Assembly (NCBI GenBank): GCA_965203805.1 | Contig: OZ241917.1 | Span: 3,008,001 to 3,072,000 of the forward strand | DNA from: Candidatus Latescibacterota bacterium | GTDB lineage: Bacteria > Latescibacterota > UBA2968 > GCA-2709665 | Direction of reading: 5' to 3' | Length of the DNA stretch: 64,000 bases | Shown here: piece by piece, positions 27,079 to 36,871 of the stretch | Layout: every line of letters starts with the position of its first letter | Numbering within the stretch: position 1 is the stretch's first letter | Translations under genes and position numbers: made by a program | Notes under the pieces: generated by a model | Database searches by the model: none | Told to the model about the DNA's origin: nothing | What the model saw: only the letters and a program-made list of their open reading frames with translations

Positions 27079-28503
27079 ATGGAAGGAATGACTCTGGCGG
27101 AAGCGGCGGCGGTAATGGACGGGGCGTTGGTCGGCGCCATCGATCCGGCAATCTGTCCGACGGGCGGGTGCATCGATACGCGGGTGTTGAACGCGGGTGA
27201 GCTGTTCTTCGCGCTCGAGGGAGAACGCGAAGACGGAAACCGGGATGGGCATCGATTTGTGGACGACGCCCTGAACAAAGGGGCGGCGGCGGCTGTCGTA
27301 TCACGACAGTGGGCCGAAGACCGAAAGTCCCGAAGACGACCCGGAACGCTGATCGCAGTCGAAGCTCCGGGCCTCGCGCTGGGCGCTCTCGGCAGCGCAT
27401 ACCGCCGGCGGTTTCGGATTCCGGTGGTGGGCATTACCGGAAGCAGTGGGAAGACAACGACCAAGGATATGGCGGCCGCCGTGCTGCGCACTCGGTACAG
27501 GGTGCTGTCCACGGAAGGCAACCTGAACAACTGGCTTGGGGTCCCACTGACTATACTGCGGCTTTCAGACGACGACGAAGCCGCGGTCATTGAACTGGGC
27601 ATCAGTGAACACGGCGGTTTGAAATACCTGTGCCAGATTGCGGATCCGACGATCGGCGTAATTACCAATATCGGACCTGCGCACCTTGAGTTTTTAGGCT
27701 CTGTGGAGGGGGTGGCCAAAGCCAAAGGGGAACTCCTGGATCATCTTGAAGAGTCTTCAATGGCTATCTTGAATCTCGATAATCTGTACGTGTCCAAGGA
27801 GCGAGCAAGACTAAAGGGGAGACTCCTGGGCTTTGGTATCGAGAAGATATGTCAGTTTCGTGGGGAGGGACTTGTCATAGACCAGGAGGGCTGCGGTCAA
27901 TTCTCTCTGCAGGGCCGTTTTTTTCATCTGGCTGTACCAGGCCGGCATCAGGTTTATAACGCACTGGCCGCGGTGGCGGTGGGTGCGGCACTGGATGTGC
28001 CTGTTGAACACGCCGCAAGAGCGCTTGGTGAATTTCGCCCTTCGAAGCTGCGGGGCCAGGTGGTCGAACGGAATGGAATCCGGCTGTTGAACGACTCGTA
28101 CAACGCCAACCCCGCCTCGATGCGGGCGGCTCTGGAAACACTGGCGCAGATGTCCGTCACGGGCGACGGACGGCGGGTGGCTGTGCTGGGCGACATGCTT
28201 GAACTGGGCACGTCCGCCGTCCAAAGTCACCGGCGCCTGGGTCTGCTTGCGGCCGGACTCGAGATCGACGCCGTATTCGCGTTCGGTGAACTGTCGGCGT
28301 ACGTGTCTGATGGCGGCGTATCGGGCGGTCTTTCACCGAAGCGGTCACAGGCATTCAAAGATCGTGATACCCTGGTGGCAAGGCTCAGGGCTTTTCTCAA
28401 ACCGGGCGATCTGGTTCTGATGAAGGGGTCTCGCGGACTGGCTATGGAGACAACGGCCGAAGCGCTGGGGTTTGAGACGAATCCATCGGATATGGCCGAC
28501 TGA
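27079..28503 (+). CDS. murF: UDP-MurNAc-tripeptide:D-Ala-D-Ala ligase
   Basis: GITGSSGKTTTK, NLNNWLGVP, DSYNANP, GDMLELG and KGSRG. Confidence 0.97.
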   Translation: MEGMTLAEAAAVMDGALVGAIDPAICPTGGCIDTRVLNAGELFFALEGEREDGNRDGHRFVDDALNKGAAAAVVSRQWAEDRKSRRRPGTLIAVEAPGLALGALGSAYRRRFRIPVVGITGSSGKTTTKDMAAAVLRTRYRVLSTEGNLNNWLGVPLTILRLSDDDEAAVIELGISEHGGLKYLCQIADPTIGVITNIGPAHLEFLGSVEGVAKAKGELLDHLEESSMAILNLDNLYVSKERARLKGRLLGFGIEKICQFRGEGLVIDQEGCGQFSLQGRFFHLAVPGRHQVYNALAAVAVGAALDVPVEHAARALGEFRPSKLRGQVVERNGIRLLNDSYNANPASMRAALETLAQMSVTGDGRRVAVLGDMLELGTSAVQSHRRLGLLAAGLEIDAVFAFGELSAYVSDGGVSGGLSPKRSQAFKDRDTLVARLRAFLKPGDLVLMKGSRGLAMETTAEALGFETNPSDMAD

Positions 28504-28618
28504 CGATGATTCGATCCAGTCCCTCGGACGTCTGCAGCCTCTGACATTTCGCCCTTAATTCACAATCCCGTTCCTTGATCCCATGCCGGTCTCCGCTTCG
28601 GGCTCTCTTTTCCGATAG

Positions 28619-28778
28619 CAGTCCGTTGAAAAAGTCGCTCTGCAGGCGAGGCCGAGCCATTGTGGCCGAAGACAAGGCGCGCGACCGACGCGAATCCCTG
28701 GATTCGGGGAGGGAGAGCAACGCCGTATTTCGGTCACAAGGGCCGGACGTAGCCCGGATGGACTTTTTCAACGGGCTG
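28619..28778. mobile_element. Non-autonomous MITE (IS5/IS1182-like ends), 160 bp, with 4-bp target duplication
   Basis: 18-bp TIRs CAGTCCGTTGAAAAAGTC / GACTTTTTCAACGGGCTG (1 mismatch), flanked on both sides by ATAG (28615-28618 and 28779-28782); no transposase. Confidence 0.8.
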
Positions 28779-28791
28779 ATAGGCTGAATAT

Positions 28792-29967
28792 ATGACGACC
28801 GCGGGTGCAGAACGACAGACTTATCTGCTGATGTTGCTGGTGATCGGTCTGGTTGGATTTGGCCTTGTGATGGTATATAGCGCCAGCACGGCCCTGGGTC
28901 AGTTGCGATTCGAGAGCGGCCACTTTTTCCTGAAGCGGTGGGCCGTGCGCACGGTGGTCGGTCTCGTGGCGATGCTTTTGATTATGCGGGTGGACTATCG
29001 CTTCTGGGCACGATTTGCCCGGGTGTTGCTGGCCATCGGTTTTCTGGGATTGGCAGTTGTCCTGGTCTTCAAACTGGCGGGTTTCGGCAAGGTGCGCGGC
29101 GCATACCGGTGGATTCCGTTGCCGGGAGGCACGCTGCAGCCTTCGGATCTGATGCGTCTCGCGCTGGTCGTTTACCTGGCGGAGTCGCTCAGCAGGCGCC
29201 AGGGTCTGGTAAAGGACCTCGTACAGGGGTACCTCCCACATATCGCCATCGTCGGCGCTGCAATGGGAATGGTCATGCTTCAGCCGGATCTTGGAACGGC
29301 ACTGGCGATCGGATTGACATGCACGCTGATGTTGTATCTGGCCGGTGTGCGGGTAAAGCACCTGGCCGGAACGGGGATGGTGCTGCTGCCGCTATTGTAT
29401 GTCGTCGTATTTGTTCTGGGATATCGAAAGGAACGGATGACGGCGTTCTTGAGTCCGTCGGACGACGTACAGGGCGCCGGTTATCATGTGATGCAGTCTC
29501 TGCTGGCGCTGGGAAGTGGAGGATGGACAGGCGTGGGGCTCGGACAGAGTCTGCAGAAATATTTGTTTTTGCCGGAGCCGCATACAGACTTTGTATTCAG
29601 CATCGTGGGCGAGGAACTCGGATTGGCCGGCACCGCCGGCCTGGTGATCTGTTTCCTTCTCATCGCCCGGTGCGGTTTTCAGATCGCCCGTCGCGCGCCG
29701 GACCTGCACGGGTTCTTTCTGGCGTCAGGCATCACATTCATGATTCTGGTTTACGCACTCGTGAACATGGGCGTATGCACCGGATTGATACCGGCAACCG
29801 GGCTTCCCCTGCCGTTTATCAGTTACGGCGGGTCGTCACTGCTATTCACGCTGGTTGCCGTTGGAATTCTGATCAACATCGGGCGGCGCGGAGCGGCCGA
29901 CCCGGGAACGCTTCCCCAACGAACCGGTACCGTCAGAATGAACAGGACGGGAGATCGCAGGATCTGA
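28792..29967 (+). CDS. ftsW: SEDS peptidoglycan polymerase FtsW
   Basis: MVYSAS, RWI..LQPSD, LQPDLG, LPEPHTDFVFSIVGEELG and GLPLPFISYGGSS. Confidence 0.96.
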   Translation: MTTAGAERQTYLLMLLVIGLVGFGLVMVYSASTALGQLRFESGHFFLKRWAVRTVVGLVAMLLIMRVDYRFWARFARVLLAIGFLGLAVVLVFKLAGFGKVRGAYRWIPLPGGTLQPSDLMRLALVVYLAESLSRRQGLVKDLVQGYLPHIAIVGAAMGMVMLQPDLGTALAIGLTCTLMLYLAGVRVKHLAGTGMVLLPLLYVVVFVLGYRKERMTAFLSPSDDVQGAGYHVMQSLLALGSGGWTGVGLGQSLQKYLFLPEPHTDFVFSIVGEELGLAGTAGLVICFLLIARCGFQIARRAPDLHGFFLASGITFMILVYALVNMGVCTGLIPATGLPLPFISYGGSSLLFTLVAVGILINIGRRGAADPGTLPQRTGTVRMNRTGDRRI

Positions 29968-31073
29968 TGCCATTACGCCTGTTGTTTGCCGTTACCCTGA
30001 CCGGTGGCCACACGATACCCGCACTTGGCGTGGCGGCCGCGGTTCGTCAGAGGCGCCCGGATACTGTGATCAGATTCGTCGGCGTTGCGCGAGGCGTCGA
30101 GGCCCGGTTGGTTCCGCGCGCCGGCTATGTCCTGGAAACGTTGCCGGTTATAGGTCTTAAACGGCGAGTGCATCCGGATCTGCTGCAATTTCCGTGGGCG
30201 CTCCTGAAGGCCGTCTGTTCCGCCTTCCGTATCCTCGTTGTCTACCAGCCACATGCGGTAATCTGTACCGGCGGGCATGTCACCGGCCCGGTGGGCATCG
30301 CCGCAAGGATGCTTGGTATTCCGCTGGTGCTGCACGAGTCGAACAACTTCCCAGGGCTCACCGTTCGCCTGCTTTCCCGCACGGCCAGGCAGGTCTACCT
30401 GGCATTCGAAGGCGCACGGCGACGCGTAGGCGGGCGTGAGAGATTCGTCGTGGGCAACCCGATTCGGGAGGGATGGCGGCGCGTGGACAGGAACACGGCT
30501 CGCCGGCGGTTCGGTCTGGACGTTGACCCGGCCACGCTTCTTGTCATTGGAGGCAGCCAGGGTTCAATGGGAATCAACCGTGCCGTGGCGGATGCGCTGC
30601 CGGTATTGACGGAACGTGGCTACCAGATTCTCTGGCAGACCGGCGGGATGGGTTACCATGCAGCGGTATCCGCGGCTCGCCCCTTCGGAGACCGAGTGGT
30701 CGTGAGGGAATTTATCCACGACATGGCGGTGGCTTACAGCGCGGCGGACCTCGCCTTGACCCGGGCCGGCGCAATTACGGTAACTGAAATGACACGTTTG
30801 GGTGTGCCCGCATTGATGGTGCCTTTGCCGCTCGCGACCGAGAACCATCAGGAATACAATGCACGGGCTGTTGTGCGAGCCGGAGCCGCGCGGATGGTGC
30901 TCGAATCGGAACTGAGCGCGGACAGGTTGGTCGAGGAAGTTATCCGGATGACCGATTCGAACGGCCTTCTTTCGGAAATGGCCCGCCGCAGCCGCGCGCT
31001 GGCCGTTCCGGACGCGGCCGCGCGGATGGTGGAGGGAATCGCGCGAAGTGGACTCCTCCGCGGTGAACGATAG
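29967..31073 (+). CDS. murG: UDP-GlcNAc:lipid I GlcNAc transferase MurG
   Basis: TGGH, LHESN, GNPIR, GGSQGS, RAGA and HQEYNA; TGATG overlap with ftsW. Confidence 0.95.
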   Translation: MPLRLLFAVTLTGGHTIPALGVAAAVRQRRPDTVIRFVGVARGVEARLVPRAGYVLETLPVIGLKRRVHPDLLQFPWALLKAVCSAFRILVVYQPHAVICTGGHVTGPVGIAARMLGIPLVLHESNNFPGLTVRLLSRTARQVYLAFEGARRRVGGRERFVVGNPIREGWRRVDRNTARRRFGLDVDPATLLVIGGSQGSMGINRAVADALPVLTERGYQILWQTGGMGYHAAVSAARPFGDRVVVREFIHDMAVAYSAADLALTRAGAITVTEMTRLGVPALMVPLPLATENHQEYNARAVVRAGAARMVLESELSADRLVEEVIRMTDSNGLLSEMARRSRALAVPDAAARMVEGIARSGLLRGER

Positions 31074-31077
31074 CCGC

Positions 31078-32466
31078 ATGGTGGAATTGAAACCGGGTTG
31101 CCGGGTTCATTTTGTGGGCATCGGAGGGGTGGGCATGAGCGCGGTCGCGGAACTGCTCGTCCAGCAGGATTGCGTTGTGACCGGATCCGACCGTGAGGCC
31201 TCCGCGCTGACGGATCGGTTGGGGATGCTGGGAATTCCGGTTCGGATCGGACATATGGAGGAGGCGGTAAGAGATGCAGACCTGGTTGTATACACCTCCG
31301 CCGCGGGAACGGATAATTCGGAGTTGAGGGAAGCCCGATCAAGAGGAATTCCAACGGTCAGGCGGGCCGACCTCCTTGGGCGGTTGACGGCAGGGCATCG
31401 GGTCGTGGGCGTGACCGGTACCCATGGCAAGACGACAACGACTGCCATGGTGGGCGGGGTTCTCGAGGCGGCGGATCTGGACCCCACGGTACTGGTGGGC
31501 GGAATCGTTCGAGGTCCTGAAAGAAACCTGCGGCCGGGCTCGCGAATGCTGTGGGCGGTCGAGGCCGATGAGTTCGACCGTTCTTTTCTGACATTGAGAC
31601 CCGAGGTCGCGGTCGTGACGTCGCTGGAAGCGGACCATCTCGATTGTTACGGAGACATGTCGGCACTGTGTCGCGCCTTTCAGCAGTTTCTGGATCAGAC
31701 GAGCCGGTGCGCCGTGTTGGCCTACGACGCACCGTACGTGCGGGGATTGAACGCGACGCATCTTGAGATTCTCTCCTATGGGCTGGTAGAGGAAACAAGG
31801 ATTTCCGCGCAACGACTGTTGCGTGACGGCCTGCAAAGTCGGTTTCGGGTGTGCGACCATGGAAAACCGCTCGGCGATATTGTCCTCAGGGTTCCGGGAC
31901 GACACAATGTCAGCAATGCGCTGGCGGCCGTGGGCGTGGGCATGGCGCTGCAGCTGCCCTGGAAGGCGATACGTTCCGGACTTGAAAACTTCGAGGGCGT
32001 GCGACGGCGGCTGGAGGTGCTCGGCGATTCCGGCGGCGTGCGTGTGGTGAACGACTACGCCCATCATCCGACGGAGGTTCACGCAGTCCTGGAGGCGATC
32101 AGGGAGGGGTGGACGGGACGCCTGGTGGCTGTTTTCCAGCCCCATCTGTACTCGAGGACCAGAGATTTCGCGGTTGAATTCGGACAGGCGCTGAGCGAAG
32201 CCGACCAGGTCTGGGTGGCCGACGTCTACGCCGCTCGAGAAGAAGCGATTCCCGGTGTGAGCGGTGAGATGGTGGCTCGTCAGGTACGGAACTCCGGCTG
32301 TTCCGAAGTATTCTATGTCCCGGCCCTGGACGATCTCGAGCGTCGACTGTCGGAGGCGCTTGCGCCGGACGACCTCGTATTGGTGATGGGCGCCGGCGAC
32401 GTGGAGCAGGTTGCCTACGGGCTCATTGACCGGTTGTCCGAGGGAGCACCGCGGGCTGATGCTTGA
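31078..32466 (+). CDS. murC: UDP-MurNAc:L-alanine ligase
   Basis: HFVGIGGVGMS, GTHGKTTT, EADE, DYAHHPTE and FQPH. Confidence 0.97.
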   Translation: MVELKPGCRVHFVGIGGVGMSAVAELLVQQDCVVTGSDREASALTDRLGMLGIPVRIGHMEEAVRDADLVVYTSAAGTDNSELREARSRGIPTVRRADLLGRLTAGHRVVGVTGTHGKTTTTAMVGGVLEAADLDPTVLVGGIVRGPERNLRPGSRMLWAVEADEFDRSFLTLRPEVAVVTSLEADHLDCYGDMSALCRAFQQFLDQTSRCAVLAYDAPYVRGLNATHLEILSYGLVEETRISAQRLLRDGLQSRFRVCDHGKPLGDIVLRVPGRHNVSNALAAVGVGMALQLPWKAIRSGLENFEGVRRRLEVLGDSGGVRVVNDYAHHPTEVHAVLEAIREGWTGRLVAVFQPHLYSRTRDFAVEFGQALSEADQVWVADVYAAREEAIPGVSGEMVARQVRNSGCSEVFYVPALDDLERRLSEALAPDDLVLVMGAGDVEQVAYGLIDRLSEGAPRADA

Positions 32467-33397
32467 CGCTTCAAAACGGACTTCGCTCGCCCGTGAAATC
32501 CGAGCGCGCTGCAGGGGCGAACTTCTGGTAGATGAGCCCTTGAAGAAGCACACCCATTTTGGTCTGGGCGGCGGCGCGGATCTGTTTTTCCGCCCCGCGG
32601 ATTTGGATGATCTGATTGCCGCGGTGCCACTCGTTCTGGACTCCGGACTGCGGGTGCTGCCCCTCGGCGGCGGAACCAACATGCTGGTGAGCGACGCCGG
32701 TTTCAGAGGGCTCGTCATCTGTCTGACCCGCGGACTCGCGGGAATGGCGGTCGAATCGGATCAGGGCGTTGCACAGGCGGGCGCAAGCCTTCAGGTATTT
32801 TCCAGACGCTGCCAGCGTGCCGGGCGAGCCGGGATGGAGTTCGGCTGCGGAATTCCGGGCACCGTGGGGGGCGCGATACGCGGCAACGCCGGTGCGTGGG
32901 GCGGGCAGATCATGGAGCGTGCGGCGTGGGTGAGAGGTCTGGACCTCCGGTCGGGCCGGGCGGTGGAATTGCAGAAAGAGTCAATATCGTTCTCGTACCG
33001 CCATACGGCACTTCCACCCGGATTCCTGATCGTGGAAGCTGGTTTTCAACTGGAAGAGGACGATCCGGCAATGGTCCAGACACGCATGGACGAGATGCTT
33101 GCCCAGCGAAGGGGCTCCCAGCCCCTGTGGGCGCGAAACGCAGGTTGCATTTTCAAGAATCCACCGGGCACGTCGGCGGGATTGCTCATCGACAGGGCCG
33201 GATGCAAAGGGCTGTCCGTAGGCGACGTCGAAGTGTCGGATGTCCACGCGAATTTCATCGTGAACCGGGGTGGTGGCACCGCTGAGGACGTTCTCTCACT
33301 GGTTCGTACGGTTCAGGAAAGAGTACAGCAGACTTTTGGCATCGAAATGGCTATGGAAGTTCGCATCGTCGGCGAGCGGGGAATCGAGAACGCTTGA
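32459..33397 (+). CDS. murB: UDP-N-acetylenolpyruvoylglucosamine reductase
   Basis: GGGTNML, GIPGTVGGAIRGNAGA, GCIFKNP and HANFIVN. Confidence 0.96.
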   Translation: MLDASKRTSLAREIRARCRGELLVDEPLKKHTHFGLGGGADLFFRPADLDDLIAAVPLVLDSGLRVLPLGGGTNMLVSDAGFRGLVICLTRGLAGMAVESDQGVAQAGASLQVFSRRCQRAGRAGMEFGCGIPGTVGGAIRGNAGAWGGQIMERAAWVRGLDLRSGRAVELQKESISFSYRHTALPPGFLIVEAGFQLEEDDPAMVQTRMDEMLAQRRGSQPLWARNAGCIFKNPPGTSAGLLIDRAGCKGLSVGDVEVSDVHANFIVNRGGGTAEDVLSLVRTVQERVQQTFGIEMAMEVRIVGERGIENA

Positions 33398-33497
33398 AGC
33401 CGGGTACCGCAACCGGTACGGAATCCCCTGAATATCGTCTTTCGCGAACTCCTCTTGCGCGGGCCCCATGGCCTGTACTCAAATCGACGGAGGTCAT

Positions 33498-34292
33498 ATG
33501 TCCAGCCATCGACCGATCTTTTCCAGAACGCAGGAACGTGAGCGAATTCCTGCCGAGGAGCCGGAAATCCGGGCGCCATCCCGGATATTGCGGTGGATTG
33601 TCCTACTGGCGCTTGTCGGATTGCTGCTTTTCGGGATTCAGAACGCATACTCGGCCCTCACAGATTCCGACCTGTTCCGTCTTGACCGTATTTCCGTGGC
33701 CGGTAACCGGCTCCTTAAGGAGAGCGAGGTCGTGACGCTTTCCGGTCTCGAAATAGGCGTCAACCTGTTTGCGGCCGATCTTAGAGCGGCCACGCGGCGA
33801 CTGGTGGCCGGTCCCGCGATCAGGGATGCATTGCTGTTGAGGCAACCCCCGGGAGGGCTGCTCATTCAACTGACGGAGCGGCGACTTCTTGCACTGGCCA
33901 CCATGTCCGATGGATTGTACGGGTTGGACGAGGAAGGCGTGCTCTTTCCGCTGCCGCAGATGCCGTTAAATCTGCCGATCGTGACAGGTATCGACGCGGT
34001 CGTGGACACTCCGGGGGCCTACCGGTTCTCTCACCTTGTCGCGTTTCTGGAGCAGATTCGATCGAATGCGCCGGCGTTCCTGGATGAGGTTTCCGAGGTA
34101 CACCTGGTGTCTGTCACGGAGGCTCGCGTCTATCTGGTGGGAGATGGGCTGACTCTCAGGATGCGGCTTGAAGACGCGGTCGACCAGATCCGTCGGTTTG
34201 ACACGTATATAAAGTCGGGGGCGCACAGAATCACGACGCCCGCCTACGTCGATCTCCGGTTTTCGAATCAGGTCGTTGTGGGTGCGGGTTGA
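33498..34292 (+). CDS. ftsQ: Cell division protein FtsQ/DivIB
   Basis: TM plus POTRA (ISVAGNRLL), C-terminal YVDLRFSNQVVV; GGAGG RBS. Confidence 0.9.
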   Translation: MSSHRPIFSRTQERERIPAEEPEIRAPSRILRWIVLLALVGLLLFGIQNAYSALTDSDLFRLDRISVAGNRLLKESEVVTLSGLEIGVNLFAADLRAATRRLVAGPAIRDALLLRQPPGGLLIQLTERRLLALATMSDGLYGLDEEGVLFPLPQMPLNLPIVTGIDAVVDTPGAYRFSHLVAFLEQIRSNAPAFLDEVSEVHLVSVTEARVYLVGDGLTLRMRLEDAVDQIRRFDTYIKSGAHRITTPAYVDLRFSNQVVVGAG

Positions 34293-34349
34293 GGTGTCCG
34301 CGAACCTGTATCCACCACGTGTCCAGCAGCAGTCGGAAAGGAAGCCAGG

Positions 34350-35585
34350 ATGGCCAAAGGGGACCAGATCGTTGGTATGGATATCGGAACGACCAAGATC
34401 TGCGTGGTCGTTGCCGATGCAGGTGAAGACGATCAGCTCAGGATTACGGGCATTGGCACAAGCCCTTCCAACGGGCTGAAGCGCGGCGTTGTGGTGAATG
34501 TTGCACAAACCGTTCAATCCATCCAACGTGCCGTCGAAGAAGCGGAACAGGCTTCCGATGTACGTATAGGGGCCGTTTACGCCGGCATCGCGGGCGATCA
34601 TATTCGCAGCCTCAATTGCCGAGGTGTGATCGCCGTATCCGGAAACGACAACGAAATTACCGCTCAGGATGAGGCGCGCGTGATCGAAACCGCCAAGGCC
34701 GTTTCGATCCCCATGGACCGCGAGATAATACACGTGTTGCCTCAATCATTCGTCGTGGACGACCAACCCGGCGTCAAGAATCCCATTGGAATGTCGGGCG
34801 TGCGTCTCGAGGCCGACGTGCATATGGTAACCGGCGCGGTGACGTCGGCACAGAATATATGCAAGAGCATCCGACGGGCGGGTGTCGAGGTTATGGATCT
34901 CGTGCTGGAACCGCTGGCATCCAGCTACGCCGTTCTGTCGCCCGAAGAAGAGGAGATGGGCGTAACCCTGGTCGACATTGGCGGCGGTACCACCGACGTC
35001 GCTGTATACTACGACGGCAGCATTCGACATACAGCCGTCGTGGGCTTGGGCGGCGAGAACGTAACCAATGACATTTCAATCGGTCTGAGAACGCCGCTGG
35101 TACAGGCGGAACGTATCAAACGCTCGCGCGGCTGTTCGTCGAGTTCGATGGTGGATAAGGACGAGACAATACAGATTCCGGGTATCGGCGGACGGCCCTC
35201 CTACGATGTGCCTCGAGCGGAACTGACGGCGATTATCGAAGCACGAATGGAGGAAATCTTCACCCTGGTCCATCGGGAAATCCGAAGGACGGACTACGCG
35301 GATCTGCTGGCTGCGGGCGTCGTCATTACCGGCGGCGGATCGATGCTCGAGGGGACGGCTGAGCTGGCGGAGGAGGTGTTTGGAATGCCGGTCAGCGTGG
35401 GCATGCCGAACGGCGTTTCCGGCCTTTCGAACGACGCCACCGCCCCCATTTATGCGACCGGCGTCGGCCTCGTGAAATTCGGCCTTCAGCAGCAGCAATT
35501 CGGCGGAACGATGCGTGTTGGAGGCAATGGTTCTATCGGATCCGTATTGGGCAGGATGAAGGCGTGGGTGAAGGATTTTTTCTAG
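34350..35585 (+). CDS. ftsA: Cell division protein FtsA
   Basis: MDIGTTKI, PIGMSGVRLE, VDIGGGTTD and GVVITGGG. Confidence 0.97.
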   Translation: MAKGDQIVGMDIGTTKICVVVADAGEDDQLRITGIGTSPSNGLKRGVVVNVAQTVQSIQRAVEEAEQASDVRIGAVYAGIAGDHIRSLNCRGVIAVSGNDNEITAQDEARVIETAKAVSIPMDREIIHVLPQSFVVDDQPGVKNPIGMSGVRLEADVHMVTGAVTSAQNICKSIRRAGVEVMDLVLEPLASSYAVLSPEEEEMGVTLVDIGGGTTDVAVYYDGSIRHTAVVGLGGENVTNDISIGLRTPLVQAERIKRSRGCSSSSMVDKDETIQIPGIGGRPSYDVPRAELTAIIEARMEEIFTLVHREIRRTDYADLLAAGVVITGGGSMLEGTAELAEEVFGMPVSVGMPNGVSGLSNDATAPIYATGVGLVKFGLQQQQFGGTMRVGGNGSIGSVLGRMKAWVKDFF

Positions 35586-35649
35586 GAAACGGATGGGGCG
35601 ACCGAACGCGTCCGCACCCTCCACAACGCGATTTGACAGGAGAGACCAG

Positions 35650-36813
35650 ATGGTGACATTTTCGATCGTAGACACGGACAGCCAGGCGAAGATGCGGGTT
35701 GTGGGGGTCGGGGGCGCCGGCGGAAACGCGGTTAACCGGATGATTGCGGCGGACCTCAAGGGCGTGGAGTTTATCGCGGTTAATTCGGATATGCAGGATC
35801 TGGACAAATCCGAGGCATCGAAACGCGTACAGATCGGCCAGTCGATAACAAAAGGACTGGGCGCGGGCGCCAATCCTGAAACCGGACGGCAGGCCATGGA
35901 GGAAGATCGAGGCCACGTCACGGAACTCCTCGCCGGTTCGGATATCGTGTTCGTGACCGCCGGAATGGGGGGAGGAACCGGTACAGGCGCCGCGCCGGTC
36001 GTGGCGGATATCGCAAAGGAAGCCGGAGCGCTGACGGTGGGCATCGTGACCAAGCCGTTCAAAATGGAGGGGGCGCCACGCTTGCGCAACGCGGAGACGG
36101 GTATCGCTCAGTTGAAGGAATCCGTTGACACGCTCATCGTGATTACAAACCAGCGTCTCCTGGACATTTGCTCCAACGAGACCACGCTGCGAGAGGCTTT
36201 CAGACTGGCCGACGACGTGCTGCTGCAGGCGACGCGCGGGATCTCGGATCTGATCGCGATACCCGGCGAAGTGAATCTGGATTTCAACGACGTTCGCACG
36301 GTAATGCAGCAGGGCGGAGATGCGTTGATGGGAACCGGCACGGCAGAGGGGGAAGGCCGCGCGATCCACGCGGCCGAGGCAGCCATCAACAGCCCCCTGC
36401 TGGAGGATCTGTCCATTGACGGCGCAAGGTGCGTCCTTGTGAATATCGCAGCCGGCAGTGATTTGAAGCTGTTCGAAGTGGACGAATCGGTATCTACCGT
36501 AACCAAGGCGGTTGGCCCCGAGGCCAATATTATCTGGGGTACCGTGCTGGATGACGGCCTCAGCGATGAGCTGCGCGTGACGGTGATTGCCACCGGTTTC
36601 GCCAGGGATGAGGATCTCACGGGAAAGAAAGCGCGACGAGTGACTACGGACAACCCCCTCGGCCTGGATGTACCGGCATATTTGCGCAAGGCCGGCGCTG
36701 GCGAGGTCACGGAACCACAGGTCGCACCGGAGGAGAGCGCGGACGTGGACATGTCGCTGGACGACCTTGAGATACCGTCGTTCCTGAGGCGGCGCCTGAG
36801 AGATACAGCCTGA
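35650..36813 (+). CDS. ftsZ: Cell division protein FtsZ
   Basis: GVGGAGGNAVN, GMGGGTGTG, NLDFNDV and C-terminal LEIPSFLRRR. Confidence 0.98.
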   Translation: MVTFSIVDTDSQAKMRVVGVGGAGGNAVNRMIAADLKGVEFIAVNSDMQDLDKSEASKRVQIGQSITKGLGAGANPETGRQAMEEDRGHVTELLAGSDIVFVTAGMGGGTGTGAAPVVADIAKEAGALTVGIVTKPFKMEGAPRLRNAETGIAQLKESVDTLIVITNQRLLDICSNETTLREAFRLADDVLLQATRGISDLIAIPGEVNLDFNDVRTVMQQGGDALMGTGTAEGEGRAIHAAEAAINSPLLEDLSIDGARCVLVNIAAGSDLKLFEVDESVSTVTKAVGPEANIIWGTVLDDGLSDELRVTVIATGFARDEDLTGKKARRVTTDNPLGLDVPAYLRKAGAGEVTEPQVAPEESADVDMSLDDLEIPSFLRRRLRDTA

Positions 36814-36871
36814 CGCACGGCAGCGTCTCGCCCCCGCGTGTGTTTTTCGGGGACGATTGAGGATCACGGAT

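Noticed and set aside
28938-29966. Apparent 711-aa MurG and 816-aa propeller (48824) N-terminal extensions
   Set aside because: The extensions overlap ftsW and the nitrilase gene in another frame; the real starts are 29967 and 49229.
33398-33497. Absence of ddl between murB and ftsQ
   Set aside because: ddl is frequently located outside dcw clusters; no relic is seen.
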